From contig CAXXVZ010000002.1 in NCBI GenBank assembly GCA_963678065.2, positions 32,001 through 96,000 on the forward strand: a stretch of 64,000 nt of DNA, read 5' to 3'. How positions within the stretch are numbered: position 1 is the first letter of the stretch; every line of letters begins with the position of its first letter. This DNA is from Treponemataceae bacterium. Its GTDB lineage: Bacteria; Spirochaetota; Spirochaetia; Treponematales; Rectinemataceae. Under the pieces are notes generated by a model. That model saw only the letters and a program-made list of their open reading frames with translations. It made no database searches and had not been told where the DNA came from. Shown one piece after another: positions 9,619 through 17,969 of the stretch. Position numbers and translations under genes: made by a program.

Positions 9619-10971
9619 GTGAACAACCCACAAGAGCCACAACGCAACAAGCCAAAAATGCCGGATACGACAGTCAATCTCTATGGTCCGGGGATACTCG
9701 AAGACCTGCAGTCCATTCTCGAGCCCTGCTTCGGGCAAGGACCCTTCATCGTCATCACCGACGGAAGGATATGGGAGGCGGTGTCGCGTCTTTTTTCCGC
9801 CTTCCTGCGCAGGGTGCCCGGCACGACCATCCACATCCTTCCCGCCCATCCGGCTCCCTACGCCTCCGACAGCCTCGTCGCCCGCATCGCGGCCGTCATC
9901 GCCGCGACTCAGGCCGTGCCGGTCGCCGTCGGCTCGGGCACGGTCAACGACATCGTCAAGAGGGCTTCCTTCGAAAACGGCAGACGCTATGTCTGCGTTC
10001 CGACGGCGCCATCTGTCGACGGCTACACTTCCATGAGCGCCGCCATAACCGTGGGCGGATTCAAATCCACGATCGAATGCCCCGCGCCTCTGTGCGTGGT
10101 GGCCGACGAAAATATCATCCTGGGGGCCCCCCAGGGGCTGATTGCCTCGGGATACGGAGACATCATCGCCAAGCTGACGGGGGGCGCCGACTGGATCATC
10201 GCCGATACTATGGGTATCGAAGCGATCGACCCTGTCGCCTGGGATCTCGCCCAGTCCGCCGCCGTCGACCTTCTCCCCCGCGGAAAGGCCATACAGAGGG
10301 GTGACAGAGATTCTGTCGGGACCCTGTACAGGGGACTCGTCGCCTCGGGGCTCGCGATGCAGGAATACAACGATTCGCGCCCGGCATCGGGCACCGAGCA
10401 TCTGATGTCGCACACCTGGGAAATGTCCCACCTCGCGAAGGACGGAGAGGAAATTTCCCACGGATTCAAGGTGGCGGTAGGGACACTGGTGGCCGCAGCC
10501 CTGATGGAAGAGCTTTTCGGGGAAAAAGGCGCTGCAGGAGCCATGGTACGCCAGAGGCACTTCGACCCCTGCCTGAATCTGCTCGATTCCCGCATGCGGC
10601 TGGCCGGGCTCATCCCTCCCGAGAGTCCGCATCGGGCGAAAACGATCAGCACAATCGCGGCCAAAACACCCGGTGAGGCAGAAATCGCCCGACGGGCGGA
10701 AGTGGCCGGCAGATGCTGGACGACGCTCTCGGAGCGGGTCCGTCGCCAGGTGCCTCCCTTCGCTGTCCTCGCACAGGCGCTCCGATCGGCCGGATGTCCC
10801 GTCCAGCCGGCCCAGATCGGGCTCTCGCGCGAAGAGTGCCTCAGGAGCGCGAGAATCGCCTCACTCATCAGGGCCAGGTACACCGTACTCGACCTGGCTT
10901 CCGAGCTGGGTGCCCTGGAGACGGCCATCGAATCTGTCTTCAGCGGAGACTATTTCCAAGATTATGCCTGA
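9619..10971 (+). CDS. egsA: sn-glycerol-1-phosphate dehydrogenase (AraM/EgsA-like)
   Basis: AVGSGTVND, PTAPSVDGYTS, SRPASGTEHLMSH, HGFKV, RARYTVLDL. Confidence 0.82.
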   Translation: MNNPQEPQRNKPKMPDTTVNLYGPGILEDLQSILEPCFGQGPFIVITDGRIWEAVSRLFSAFLRRVPGTTIHILPAHPAPYASDSLVARIAAVIAATQAVPVAVGSGTVNDIVKRASFENGRRYVCVPTAPSVDGYTSMSAAITVGGFKSTIECPAPLCVVADENIILGAPQGLIASGYGDIIAKLTGGADWIIADTMGIEAIDPVAWDLAQSAAVDLLPRGKAIQRGDRDSVGTLYRGLVASGLAMQEYNDSRPASGTEHLMSHTWEMSHLAKDGEEISHGFKVAVGTLVAAALMEELFGEKGAAGAMVRQRHFDPCLNLLDSRMRLAGLIPPESPHRAKTISTIAAKTPGEAEIARRAEVAGRCWTTLSERVRRQVPPFAVLAQALRSAGCPVQPAQIGLSREECLRSARIASLIRARYTVLDLASELGALETAIESVFSGDYFQDYA

Positions 10972-10980
10972 GGAAAAAAC

Positions 10981-11781
10981 ATGAACCCTCTGCCGATTTC
11001 CGAGATGAGCGCCGCCCGGGCGCGCCGCATCGAATACGTCCTCATGGACATCGACGACACCCTCACGACCGGCGGCAAGCTCCCTGCCGTCGCCTACTCC
11101 GCCCTCTGGAACCTGAAGGAGGCGGGCCTGCGCGTCGTGCCGATCACGGGGCGGCCGGCGGGCTGGTGCGATCTCATCGCGCGCGAGTGGCCCGTCGACG
11201 GCGTCGTCGGAGAGAACGGAGCCTTCGCCTTCTGGGAAACCGAGGGACACCGCCTGCGCTCCATGACCCACCCCGCCGCCGTACGCAACGACTGCGCCAC
11301 CCTCGAACGGATACGCGATCGGGCCCTTTCCGAGGTGCCGGGCTGCCGCGTCGCCCGCGACCAGTTCGCCCGCCTCTACGACCTCGCGATCGACTTCGCG
11401 GAGGAGGAGCCCGCCCTGCCACTCGAAGCCGCAATTCGGATAAAGGCCATCTGCGACGAAGAAGGCGCAATCGCCAAAATCAGCTCCATCCACGTGAATG
11501 CCTGGATGGGAAGCTACGACAAGCTGACGATGGCCGAGGCATTCCTCGCCGCCCGCTTCGGCTACGACGCAGAGAGCGACCTCGAAAAAGTCGCCTTCGC
11601 GGGCGACTCCCCGAACGACGAGCCCATGTTCGCGCACTTTCCCAACAGCTGTGGCGTGGCGAACGTCCTGTGCTACGCCGGACTCATGAAAAGGCTTCCC
11701 CGCTTCGTGGCCTCGATGGAGTGCGGCGAGGGCTTCGCGGAGATAGCGCGCACGATAATCAAGAGGAGAAAAGCGCCATGA
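10981..11781 (+). CDS. HAD-IIB family hydrolase
   Basis: DIDDTLT, ITGRPAGW, GENGA, GDSPND. Confidence 0.88.
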   Translation: MNPLPISEMSAARARRIEYVLMDIDDTLTTGGKLPAVAYSALWNLKEAGLRVVPITGRPAGWCDLIAREWPVDGVVGENGAFAFWETEGHRLRSMTHPAAVRNDCATLERIRDRALSEVPGCRVARDQFARLYDLAIDFAEEEPALPLEAAIRIKAICDEEGAIAKISSIHVNAWMGSYDKLTMAEAFLAARFGYDAESDLEKVAFAGDSPNDEPMFAHFPNSCGVANVLCYAGLMKRLPRFVASMECGEGFAEIARTIIKRRKAP

Positions 11782-12257
11782 ACAAAATCCCGAGCTTCAC
11801 CGTCAATCACCTCGCCCTTCTTCCGGGCGTCTATGTCTCGCGCAGGGACTCTGTCGGCAAAGGCGTTGTCACGACATTCGACATACGCATGAAGCGCCCG
11901 AACCTGGAACCGGTCATGAACACGGCAGAGATCCACGCCATCGAGCACCTCGGCGCGACATTCCTGCGCAATCAGGCCGCGTGGAAAGATTCCATCCTGT
12001 ACTTCGGGCCCATGGGATGCAGGACGGGCTTCTACCTCCTCGTGAAAGGAGAGCTCGTGCCCGTCGATATCCTGCCCCTTCTCGTCGAGACATTCAGCTT
12101 CATCGCCGCCTACGAGGGCGGGATTCCCGGCGCGAGCCCGCGGGACTGCGGGAATTACCTCGACATGAACCTGCCGATGGCGAAATACGAGGCCGCCCGC
12201 TTCCTCGAAACCACTCTGTCGGCGATGGATGAGAGCAGGATGAGCTACCCGGACTGA
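11778..12257 (+). CDS. luxS: S-ribosylhomocysteine lyase LuxS
   Basis: SFTVNH, HAIEHL, GPMGCRTGFY, CGNY. ATGA overlap with the HAD gene. Confidence 0.95.
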   Translation: MNKIPSFTVNHLALLPGVYVSRRDSVGKGVVTTFDIRMKRPNLEPVMNTAEIHAIEHLGATFLRNQAAWKDSILYFGPMGCRTGFYLLVKGELVPVDILPLLVETFSFIAAYEGGIPGASPRDCGNYLDMNLPMAKYEAARFLETTLSAMDESRMSYPD

Positions 12258-12276
12258 AGACCCTCGAATTCGCATG

Positions 12277-12314
12277 GAAAATCCGATCCCATCGATTCGC
12301 GGGATCGGATTTTC
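12277..12314. terminator. Hairpin between convergent genes, probably a bidirectional terminator
   Basis: 14-bp perfect arms gaaaatccgatccc / gggatcggattttc. Confidence 0.65.
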
Positions 12315-13023
12315 ACCTTATCGATAAAAATGGCACCAAACCATATTGCAATATGATTATATTATATGCCCCATGAATAAACACCGGCACACCAATTTTA
12401 TCTATTTTTGCGAAATATCTGCCCGCAAAGCATAAGAGAGATACCATGAAAAGAATCATAAAGTAGGGAAAATCAGATACACGTGGAATTCCTGTCACGT
12501 GACAAAGAGAAAAAATAATCGAAAAACCAATGAAACCAATAACGCGTCGCCGGGAAGTAATGCTATCAGGAAAGAAAGAGTTATATAAATAGCCTCTAAA
12601 TATTGTTTCTTCCAATAATGGGAAAAAGAGTCCCAAGGAAAAGACACTGAAAACTTCAGTGAGATTTATGTTTTTTTTAATTGCAAGAAAATTGATAATA
12701 ACAAGCGCTCCAATCGTGGGCAAAGTGATAAGCTTATTGATGTCTTTTTTTATTTCATTGCCACCTGCAAGGACAAATGATATTGCCGCAGTAACAAAAA
12801 AGACTACCAGGAAGATTATGGCTGATACATAGTTATTTTTTTCTAAAAACATTTTTGTTGTCAACAATGACATTCCGCCAATAGCTAACAAAGCAATTGA
12901 GAAAATTGCTACGAATGCTTTTTTCTGTACTTTTTCTTGTCGCTCGTTCCGCTTTATTCGGATGAAAAAAAATAAAACGCAAAAAACTTCAACAATTGCA
13001 ATAAGCAAAGCCCCTGCGATCAT
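12313..13023 (-). CDS. CPBP (CAAX/Abi) family intramembrane glutamic endopeptidase, AT-rich
   Basis: PLLEETIFRG, FSLCH, HGAYN motifs and multiple TM segments. Base composition differs sharply from the flanks. Confidence 0.8.
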   Translation of the reverse strand: MIAGALLIAIVEVFCVLFFFIRIKRNERQEKVQKKAFVAIFSIALLAIGGMSLLTTKMFLEKNNYVSAIIFLVVFFVTAAISFVLAGGNEIKKDINKLITLPTIGALVIINFLAIKKNINLTEVFSVFSLGLFFPLLEETIFRGYLYNSFFPDSITSRRRVIGFIGFSIIFSLCHVTGIPRVSDFPYFMILFMVSLLCFAGRYFAKIDKIGVPVFIHGAYNIIILQYGLVPFLSIR

Positions 13024-13041
13024 TGCTTCTTCCTCATAGTT

Positions 13042-13065
13042 GCGGTGTGCCATATGGCACACCGC
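13042..13065. repeat. 24-bp perfect palindrome
   Basis: gcggtgtgccat|atggcacaccgc. Confidence 0.9.
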
Positions 13066-13120
13066 TAATACTAGATCCTACCGAACGTCAGGGTTCATTA
13101 GCAGATACAAGGACACAGTC

Positions 13121-15658
13121 TCAGGCCCAGCGCACCAGGCCGGGCACGAAGCTCTGCACGAGGTCGGGGTGCTTGGGAAGGACGCGCACGGCGTAGCCGA
13201 CCTGGCCCGTGCGCACGCACTTCACGTCGATAGCGTACTCCAGAAGGTTGTTCTTCTGGCCGGCCGGACTCATCTCGTCGAGGATAGCCGACTCGATCTC
13301 GCCCGTGCTGGACAGAGGGCCGTGGTAGCACTCGACCCTGACCTCGTCGGGGGAAAGTCCCGCGAGGTCCACGAGGGCCCGCACGTTGACGAAATCGCCG
13401 CGCTCCATGACCGGCTTCGCGTCGGCTACGAGATCGCGGATCTGGACGCCCGGCCAGGCGCGGCGCGCCTTGTCGAGATAGCTCGCGAGGCGGTCGGCAG
13501 ACACGAATCCTGCCGCCGTCATCTTCCTGTGGTTCTCGAGGGCGGGAATGTAGAAGGAGTTGGAGTACTCCTCGAGCATGCGGTATGTCGAGAAGTCCTT
13601 GCCTATCGTCCTCATGGTAGCCTTCATCTTGGCTATCCATTCGCGGGGCAGGCCGTCGCGGCCGCGCCTGTAGAAGAGGGGGATTATCTCGCTTTCCAGA
13701 AGATCGTAGAGGGCCTCGCTCTCGACCTTGTCCTGGAGCTCCTCGTCCTTGTATTCCTCTCCCGAACCGATGGCGAAGCCGATCTCCGGAGTGTAGGCCT
13801 CGGCCCACCAGCCGTCGAGGATGGAGCAGTTGAGGACGCCGTTCATGCCGGCCTTCATGCCCGAAGTGCCCGAGGCCTCCATCGGACGCCTCGGCGTGTT
13901 GAGCCATACGTCGGCGCCCGATGTCATGTAGCGCGCCATGGCCATGTCGTAGTTTTCCAGGAAGACGATGCGGTTCTGGACTTCCGGCAGGCGGCTGAAA
14001 TGGACGAGCTGCTTGATGAGCTCCTTGCCGGCGATGTCGTGCGGGTGGGCTTTTCCGGCAAAGATGAGCTGGATCGGATGTTCGTTGTCTGAGAGCAGCT
14101 TGAGCAGGCGCGCAGGGTCGCGCAGGAGCAGGTTGCCCCGCTTGTAGGTGGCGAAGCGCCGGGAGAAGGCGATGGTGAGGGCGTAGGGCGAAAGGGTGTC
14201 CTCTGCCTCGTGCAGGGCCACATCCGTCGCTCCGTTGCGCTTCAGGGATTTCTTGAGCTGCTCGCGCGCGAACACGACGAGGCGGCTGCGTCTGCGGGCG
14301 TGGGTGCGCCAAAGTTCCTCGTCCGAAATCCTGTCCATCCGGTCCCATATCTCGCGCTTGGCGGGCTCGTCGTAGAACCTGGGACCGAAGTAGCGGTCCA
14401 TGACCTCGAGCATGTTGTGGGAGATCCATGTGCGGGGGTGGACGCCGTTGGTGATGGAGGTGATGGGCACTTCCGGATAGGGGAGGCCCGGCCAGAGCGA
14501 GGACCACATCGTTCGGGACACTTCGCCGTGGAGGGCCGAGACGCCGTTGTTGTAGGCCGAGAGCTTGAGGGCCAGGATGGTCATGCAGAAGGTTTCGTTG
14601 TAGTCCTCGGAATTTTCGCGGCCGAGGGTGAGGAAATCCTTCCAGTCGAGGCCGAGGAGACTGGCCCAGGAGCGGAAATACCTCTCCATGAGGTCGATGC
14701 CGAAGCGCTCGTTGCCCGCCGGAACGGGGGTGTGGGTCGTGAAGATGTTCGTGGGTAAGAGAGCCTGCAGGGCCTGGTAGAAATTGAAACCGCGCTCGGC
14801 CATGAGGATGCGGATCCGCTCCAGCCCGAGGAAGGCGGCGTGCCCCTCGTTCATGTGGGTGACCGCGGGCACGATGCCGAGGGCGCGCAGCGCGCGGATG
14901 CCGCCGATGCCGAGAAGCATCTCCTGGCGCATGCGCATATCCTTGTCGCCGCCGTAGAGCGTCGCCGTGATGACCCTGTCCTCGGGGCTGTTCTCGTCGA
15001 TATTGGTGTCGAGAAGGTAGAGGGAGTTGCGTCCGACCTTGACTTCCCAGATGGCCGCGGCGATCGTCCTGCCGGACATCTCGACGGAGATGAGAACGGG
15101 TTTGCCATCGGCGCCGAGGCAGCGGTAGACGGGCATGTTGTACCAGTCATTCTCGGGGTAGGATTCCTGCTGGTATCCGTCCTGGTTCAGGTTCTGCTTG
15201 AAATAGCCCTGGCGGTACAGGAGACCGACGCCGACCAGAGGAAGGCCCATGTCGCTCGCCGTCTTCATGTGGTCGCCGGATAGGATGCCGAGGCCGCCGG
15301 AATAGATGGGCAGCGAGACATCGAGACCGTACTCCATGGAGAAGTAGGCGACGAGATCCTCGCGGGGGCCCTTGTACCAGGTCTCGCCGTGCTTGTAGTT
15401 CTCGAACTTGTCGACGACTTCCTTCAGGGCGGCGAGGAAAGAATCGTCCTTGGCGAGCTCGTCGTAGCGCTCCTGGGAGACCATGCCGAGCATCTTGGCG
15501 GGGCTCTGGTCGGACTCGATCCACTTGTCGTAGTCCAGCCTCATGAAGAGCATGACTGCGTCGAAATTCCAGGACATCCATATGTTGTGTGCGATTTCTT
15601 CGAGAGGAGCGAGGGGGCCCACTATTTTCGGTTTCACGGTATGCGAAATAATCTTCAT
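13121..15658 (-). CDS. glgP: Alpha-glucan (glycogen) phosphorylase
   Basis: YFSMEYG, YSGGLG, HMNEGH, RRFATYKR, EASGTSGMK (PLP lysine). Confidence 0.96.
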   Translation of the reverse strand: MKIISHTVKPKIVGPLAPLEEIAHNIWMSWNFDAVMLFMRLDYDKWIESDQSPAKMLGMVSQERYDELAKDDSFLAALKEVVDKFENYKHGETWYKGPREDLVAYFSMEYGLDVSLPIYSGGLGILSGDHMKTASDMGLPLVGVGLLYRQGYFKQNLNQDGYQQESYPENDWYNMPVYRCLGADGKPVLISVEMSGRTIAAAIWEVKVGRNSLYLLDTNIDENSPEDRVITATLYGGDKDMRMRQEMLLGIGGIRALRALGIVPAVTHMNEGHAAFLGLERIRILMAERGFNFYQALQALLPTNIFTTHTPVPAGNERFGIDLMERYFRSWASLLGLDWKDFLTLGRENSEDYNETFCMTILALKLSAYNNGVSALHGEVSRTMWSSLWPGLPYPEVPITSITNGVHPRTWISHNMLEVMDRYFGPRFYDEPAKREIWDRMDRISDEELWRTHARRRSRLVVFAREQLKKSLKRNGATDVALHEAEDTLSPYALTIAFSRRFATYKRGNLLLRDPARLLKLLSDNEHPIQLIFAGKAHPHDIAGKELIKQLVHFSRLPEVQNRIVFLENYDMAMARYMTSGADVWLNTPRRPMEASGTSGMKAGMNGVLNCSILDGWWAEAYTPEIGFAIGSGEEYKDEELQDKVESEALYDLLESEIIPLFYRRGRDGLPREWIAKMKATMRTIGKDFSTYRMLEEYSNSFYIPALENHRKMTAAGFVSADRLASYLDKARRAWPGVQIRDLVADAKPVMERGDFVNVRALVDLAGLSPDEVRVECYHGPLSSTGEIESAILDEMSPAGQKNNLLEYAIDVKCVRTGQVGYAVRVLPKHPDLVQSFVPGLVRWA

Positions 15659-15740
15659 CTCTTACCACCTTTTCGGGCAGGACTGTTCAGGTCGGATTAT
15701 ATAGGATCGAACCGACTCCGCCAGAGGGATCGAAAAATAT

Positions 15741-17519
15741 TCAGTGTAAATTTGAGTTTTTTCTGAACAAATTGGCGATTTTTCCAAGCAATCCGTTCCC
15801 GGAAGCGTGCGCCTCGTCGATACGATCATTTTTATCTGGTATCCGATCGTCCAGGCGCGCCTCAGGCAGAACTCCGGAGGGAGAGGAGGGCCGGGAGACA
15901 GCTGCCTGCGGCGACCTGCCGCGGTCCCCGCCGCCCCCTCTGCCTTCGCCGTACTTCTCGCGGTAGGAACGGAGGCGTTCTTCCATTGAAAGCGAGTACG
16001 GATCGGCGGCACGGCCGGTCATTCCGGTGTCACTCGTGCCCTGGGAGGCCGCGCGGCTCTTCCCAACGGGACGATCAGCGCGCCGGGTCTGCTCGCTGCC
16101 GGCTTTTTTCCGGTCAGGCAGGGATCGCGGCCGGGTCTGGCGGCCGGAGTGCGTTGCCTTGTCTGGGGATTTTCCCGACGCTCCACCTTGTCTTCGGCCT
16201 GCGGCGTCCGCGACCTGTGCCGGGCGAATTCCGCCTTCCTCGCGCATCTTCTGCGCCGTCATCCTGCCCGCGGCCTCGTCTACGCTCATCATGATGAGAG
16301 GCGCCGCCTCCGCGCCCCTGTCCTTCCGCGGGCGACGACCTTCCCTATTCATGTCCCTGCCCTGAACAGGGCGGCTATCGGCTGCCACGGCCGAAACATC
16401 GGCATGATCCAGCATCGCCTTTGGCGCCTCGACCGCATTCAGGCTGAAGCCGACGAGGCCCTCTATCGCGGGCAGTCCGTAGACATAGCGCTCGCAGGCC
16501 AGGTTCACTACCTTCGATCCAGGATAGTGCGGATCGAGCCAGGCGAGTCGTTTCCCGTAGAGTTCCGGCTCGAGGGGAATGTCGAAGTTGACGACAAGGG
16601 AAAAGCGGCCCTGGGCGGGCTTTCCGGCGCCCTCATCGCTCGCGACAAAGAAGGAACCGCGGGGGGGCGCGGCGCCGGCCTCCGCGCTCCGATGCCGAAA
16701 TGGAGGAAGGTTCGCGGGCAGCGGCTTCGCATTCAGACCGTTCGCCGAAAGACGGCGCGTCAGATCCGCGGCCGTATCCCTCAGATTGCAGAACACGATG
16801 CAGAATTCGGGCTTTTCGCGCTCGGCCAGACCGAGCAGAAAGCGGAGTTTCGCGTCGCTGTCAATATGGTAGGTTTCGCTCCGGATACTGCGCATGCGGA
16901 GAAAGGTCTCATCGATCGAAATCTCCGAGAGGTTCTCCGCGAGATCGCGAGCGAGCTTCCTGGCTTTTCCCGTAAAGCGGGAGCAGACGAGGATGGCGCG
17001 CATCTCCCAGGAAGGGGGAAGAAGGGCGCGAAGAGCCTCCATCCGGTTTCCGGCCTGCTCGGCGATCGCGTCGAGGCCATCGACGACGAGAAAACCGAAG
17101 TCGCGGGGCGAAAGGCCACCGCCTTCAAAGGCGGCCAGGACAGCCGACAGAGTGCCGGCCACAAGAGACTCAGGAAACTCGCTCCCGCCCGGGACTTCGT
17201 CGCCGGAAAGCGTCCGGACGGAAACACCGAGGGGGGTCCCGAGTGTCTTCGCGACGACACCCGCCTTCACGGCCGAATCCGCGTCGGGGGTCAGGAGAAG
17301 GACCCTGCCCTTCCGTTCCGGAGTCGCCGACAGTATCCAGTCCAGGGCAGGAAGGATGAAAATCTCCTCCCTGCCCACGCCGATATCGAGTCTGGCGCAG
17401 ACATTTTCTCTGTTCAGCACGGCGTGGCTCAGCATCGAATCATGCAGCGCGGGCGCCGAACGCAGCCTTCCGACCGCGGGCATCAGCCCGGCCGCAAGCC
17501 CATATAGTGAAAAATCCAT
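15741..17519 (-). CDS. Degenerate DEAD-box (RhlB-like) helicase-fold protein with a disordered basic tail
   Basis: Recognisable LLLTP, IVFCN, VVNFDIP and NLACERYVYGLPAIE, but the catalytic motifs are altered. Confidence 0.7.
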   Translation of the reverse strand: MDFSLYGLAAGLMPAVGRLRSAPALHDSMLSHAVLNRENVCARLDIGVGREEIFILPALDWILSATPERKGRVLLLTPDADSAVKAGVVAKTLGTPLGVSVRTLSGDEVPGGSEFPESLVAGTLSAVLAAFEGGGLSPRDFGFLVVDGLDAIAEQAGNRMEALRALLPPSWEMRAILVCSRFTGKARKLARDLAENLSEISIDETFLRMRSIRSETYHIDSDAKLRFLLGLAEREKPEFCIVFCNLRDTAADLTRRLSANGLNAKPLPANLPPFRHRSAEAGAAPPRGSFFVASDEGAGKPAQGRFSLVVNFDIPLEPELYGKRLAWLDPHYPGSKVVNLACERYVYGLPAIEGLVGFSLNAVEAPKAMLDHADVSAVAADSRPVQGRDMNREGRRPRKDRGAEAAPLIMMSVDEAAGRMTAQKMREEGGIRPAQVADAAGRRQGGASGKSPDKATHSGRQTRPRSLPDRKKAGSEQTRRADRPVGKSRAASQGTSDTGMTGRAADPYSLSMEERLRSYREKYGEGRGGGGDRGRSPQAAVSRPSSPSGVLPEARLDDRIPDKNDRIDEAHASGNGLLGKIANLFRKNSNLH

Positions 17520-17815
17520 GAATTCTCTCTTTCGTATCGATTGCGCGCCTTATGGAAGTTGCGCGAAGGGTAGGATCATACCCGATCAAAGGGCATAAAG
17601 TGAAGGCGTGGATCGCAGGCGGGTTTCCTACCCCACAGATGCCCTCCTCTTTACTGGAGACACCGGGCATGAAACCCGCACACAACCAATTCCCTACAGA
17701 TCCGACATCGGAGGAAAGTCCTTCTATTTGGTTATTTTTATCTATATAAGAATGTATATAGCATTTTCTACGAGACGGAGTTATACTGTCTCCGCTTCAA
17801 CAACCTAATGAACGA

Positions 17816-17840
17816 ACCCCGGAGCAGAGCTCCGAGGTAT
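17816..17840. repeat. ACCCCG-stem-GGTAT palindromic element (copy 1)
   Basis: accccggagcagagctccgaggtat, enclosed by gaacgaac/gttcgttc. Similar to 46656-46679. Confidence 0.55.
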
Positions 17841-17969
17841 CGTTCGTTCTGTAAGGAATGGATTGTATGCGGGTCCATACCCGATAGTCACTTCACAAGA
17901 AAGAGCGAAGCAGAGCTTTGGGTATGGACCCGCCTGCGAATCAAAACCCCCCGACAAGGAGCGATCCGA

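Noticed and set aside
10713..11777. N-terminal extension of LuxS implied by the 514-aa ORF call
   Set aside because: It overlaps the G1PDH and HAD genes in another frame. LuxS has its own RBS and ATG at 11778.
17709..17722. GGAGGAAAGTCC, resembling the RNase P RNA P4 signature
   Set aside because: The following sequence is an AT-rich promoter region, and the other conserved RNase P elements are absent
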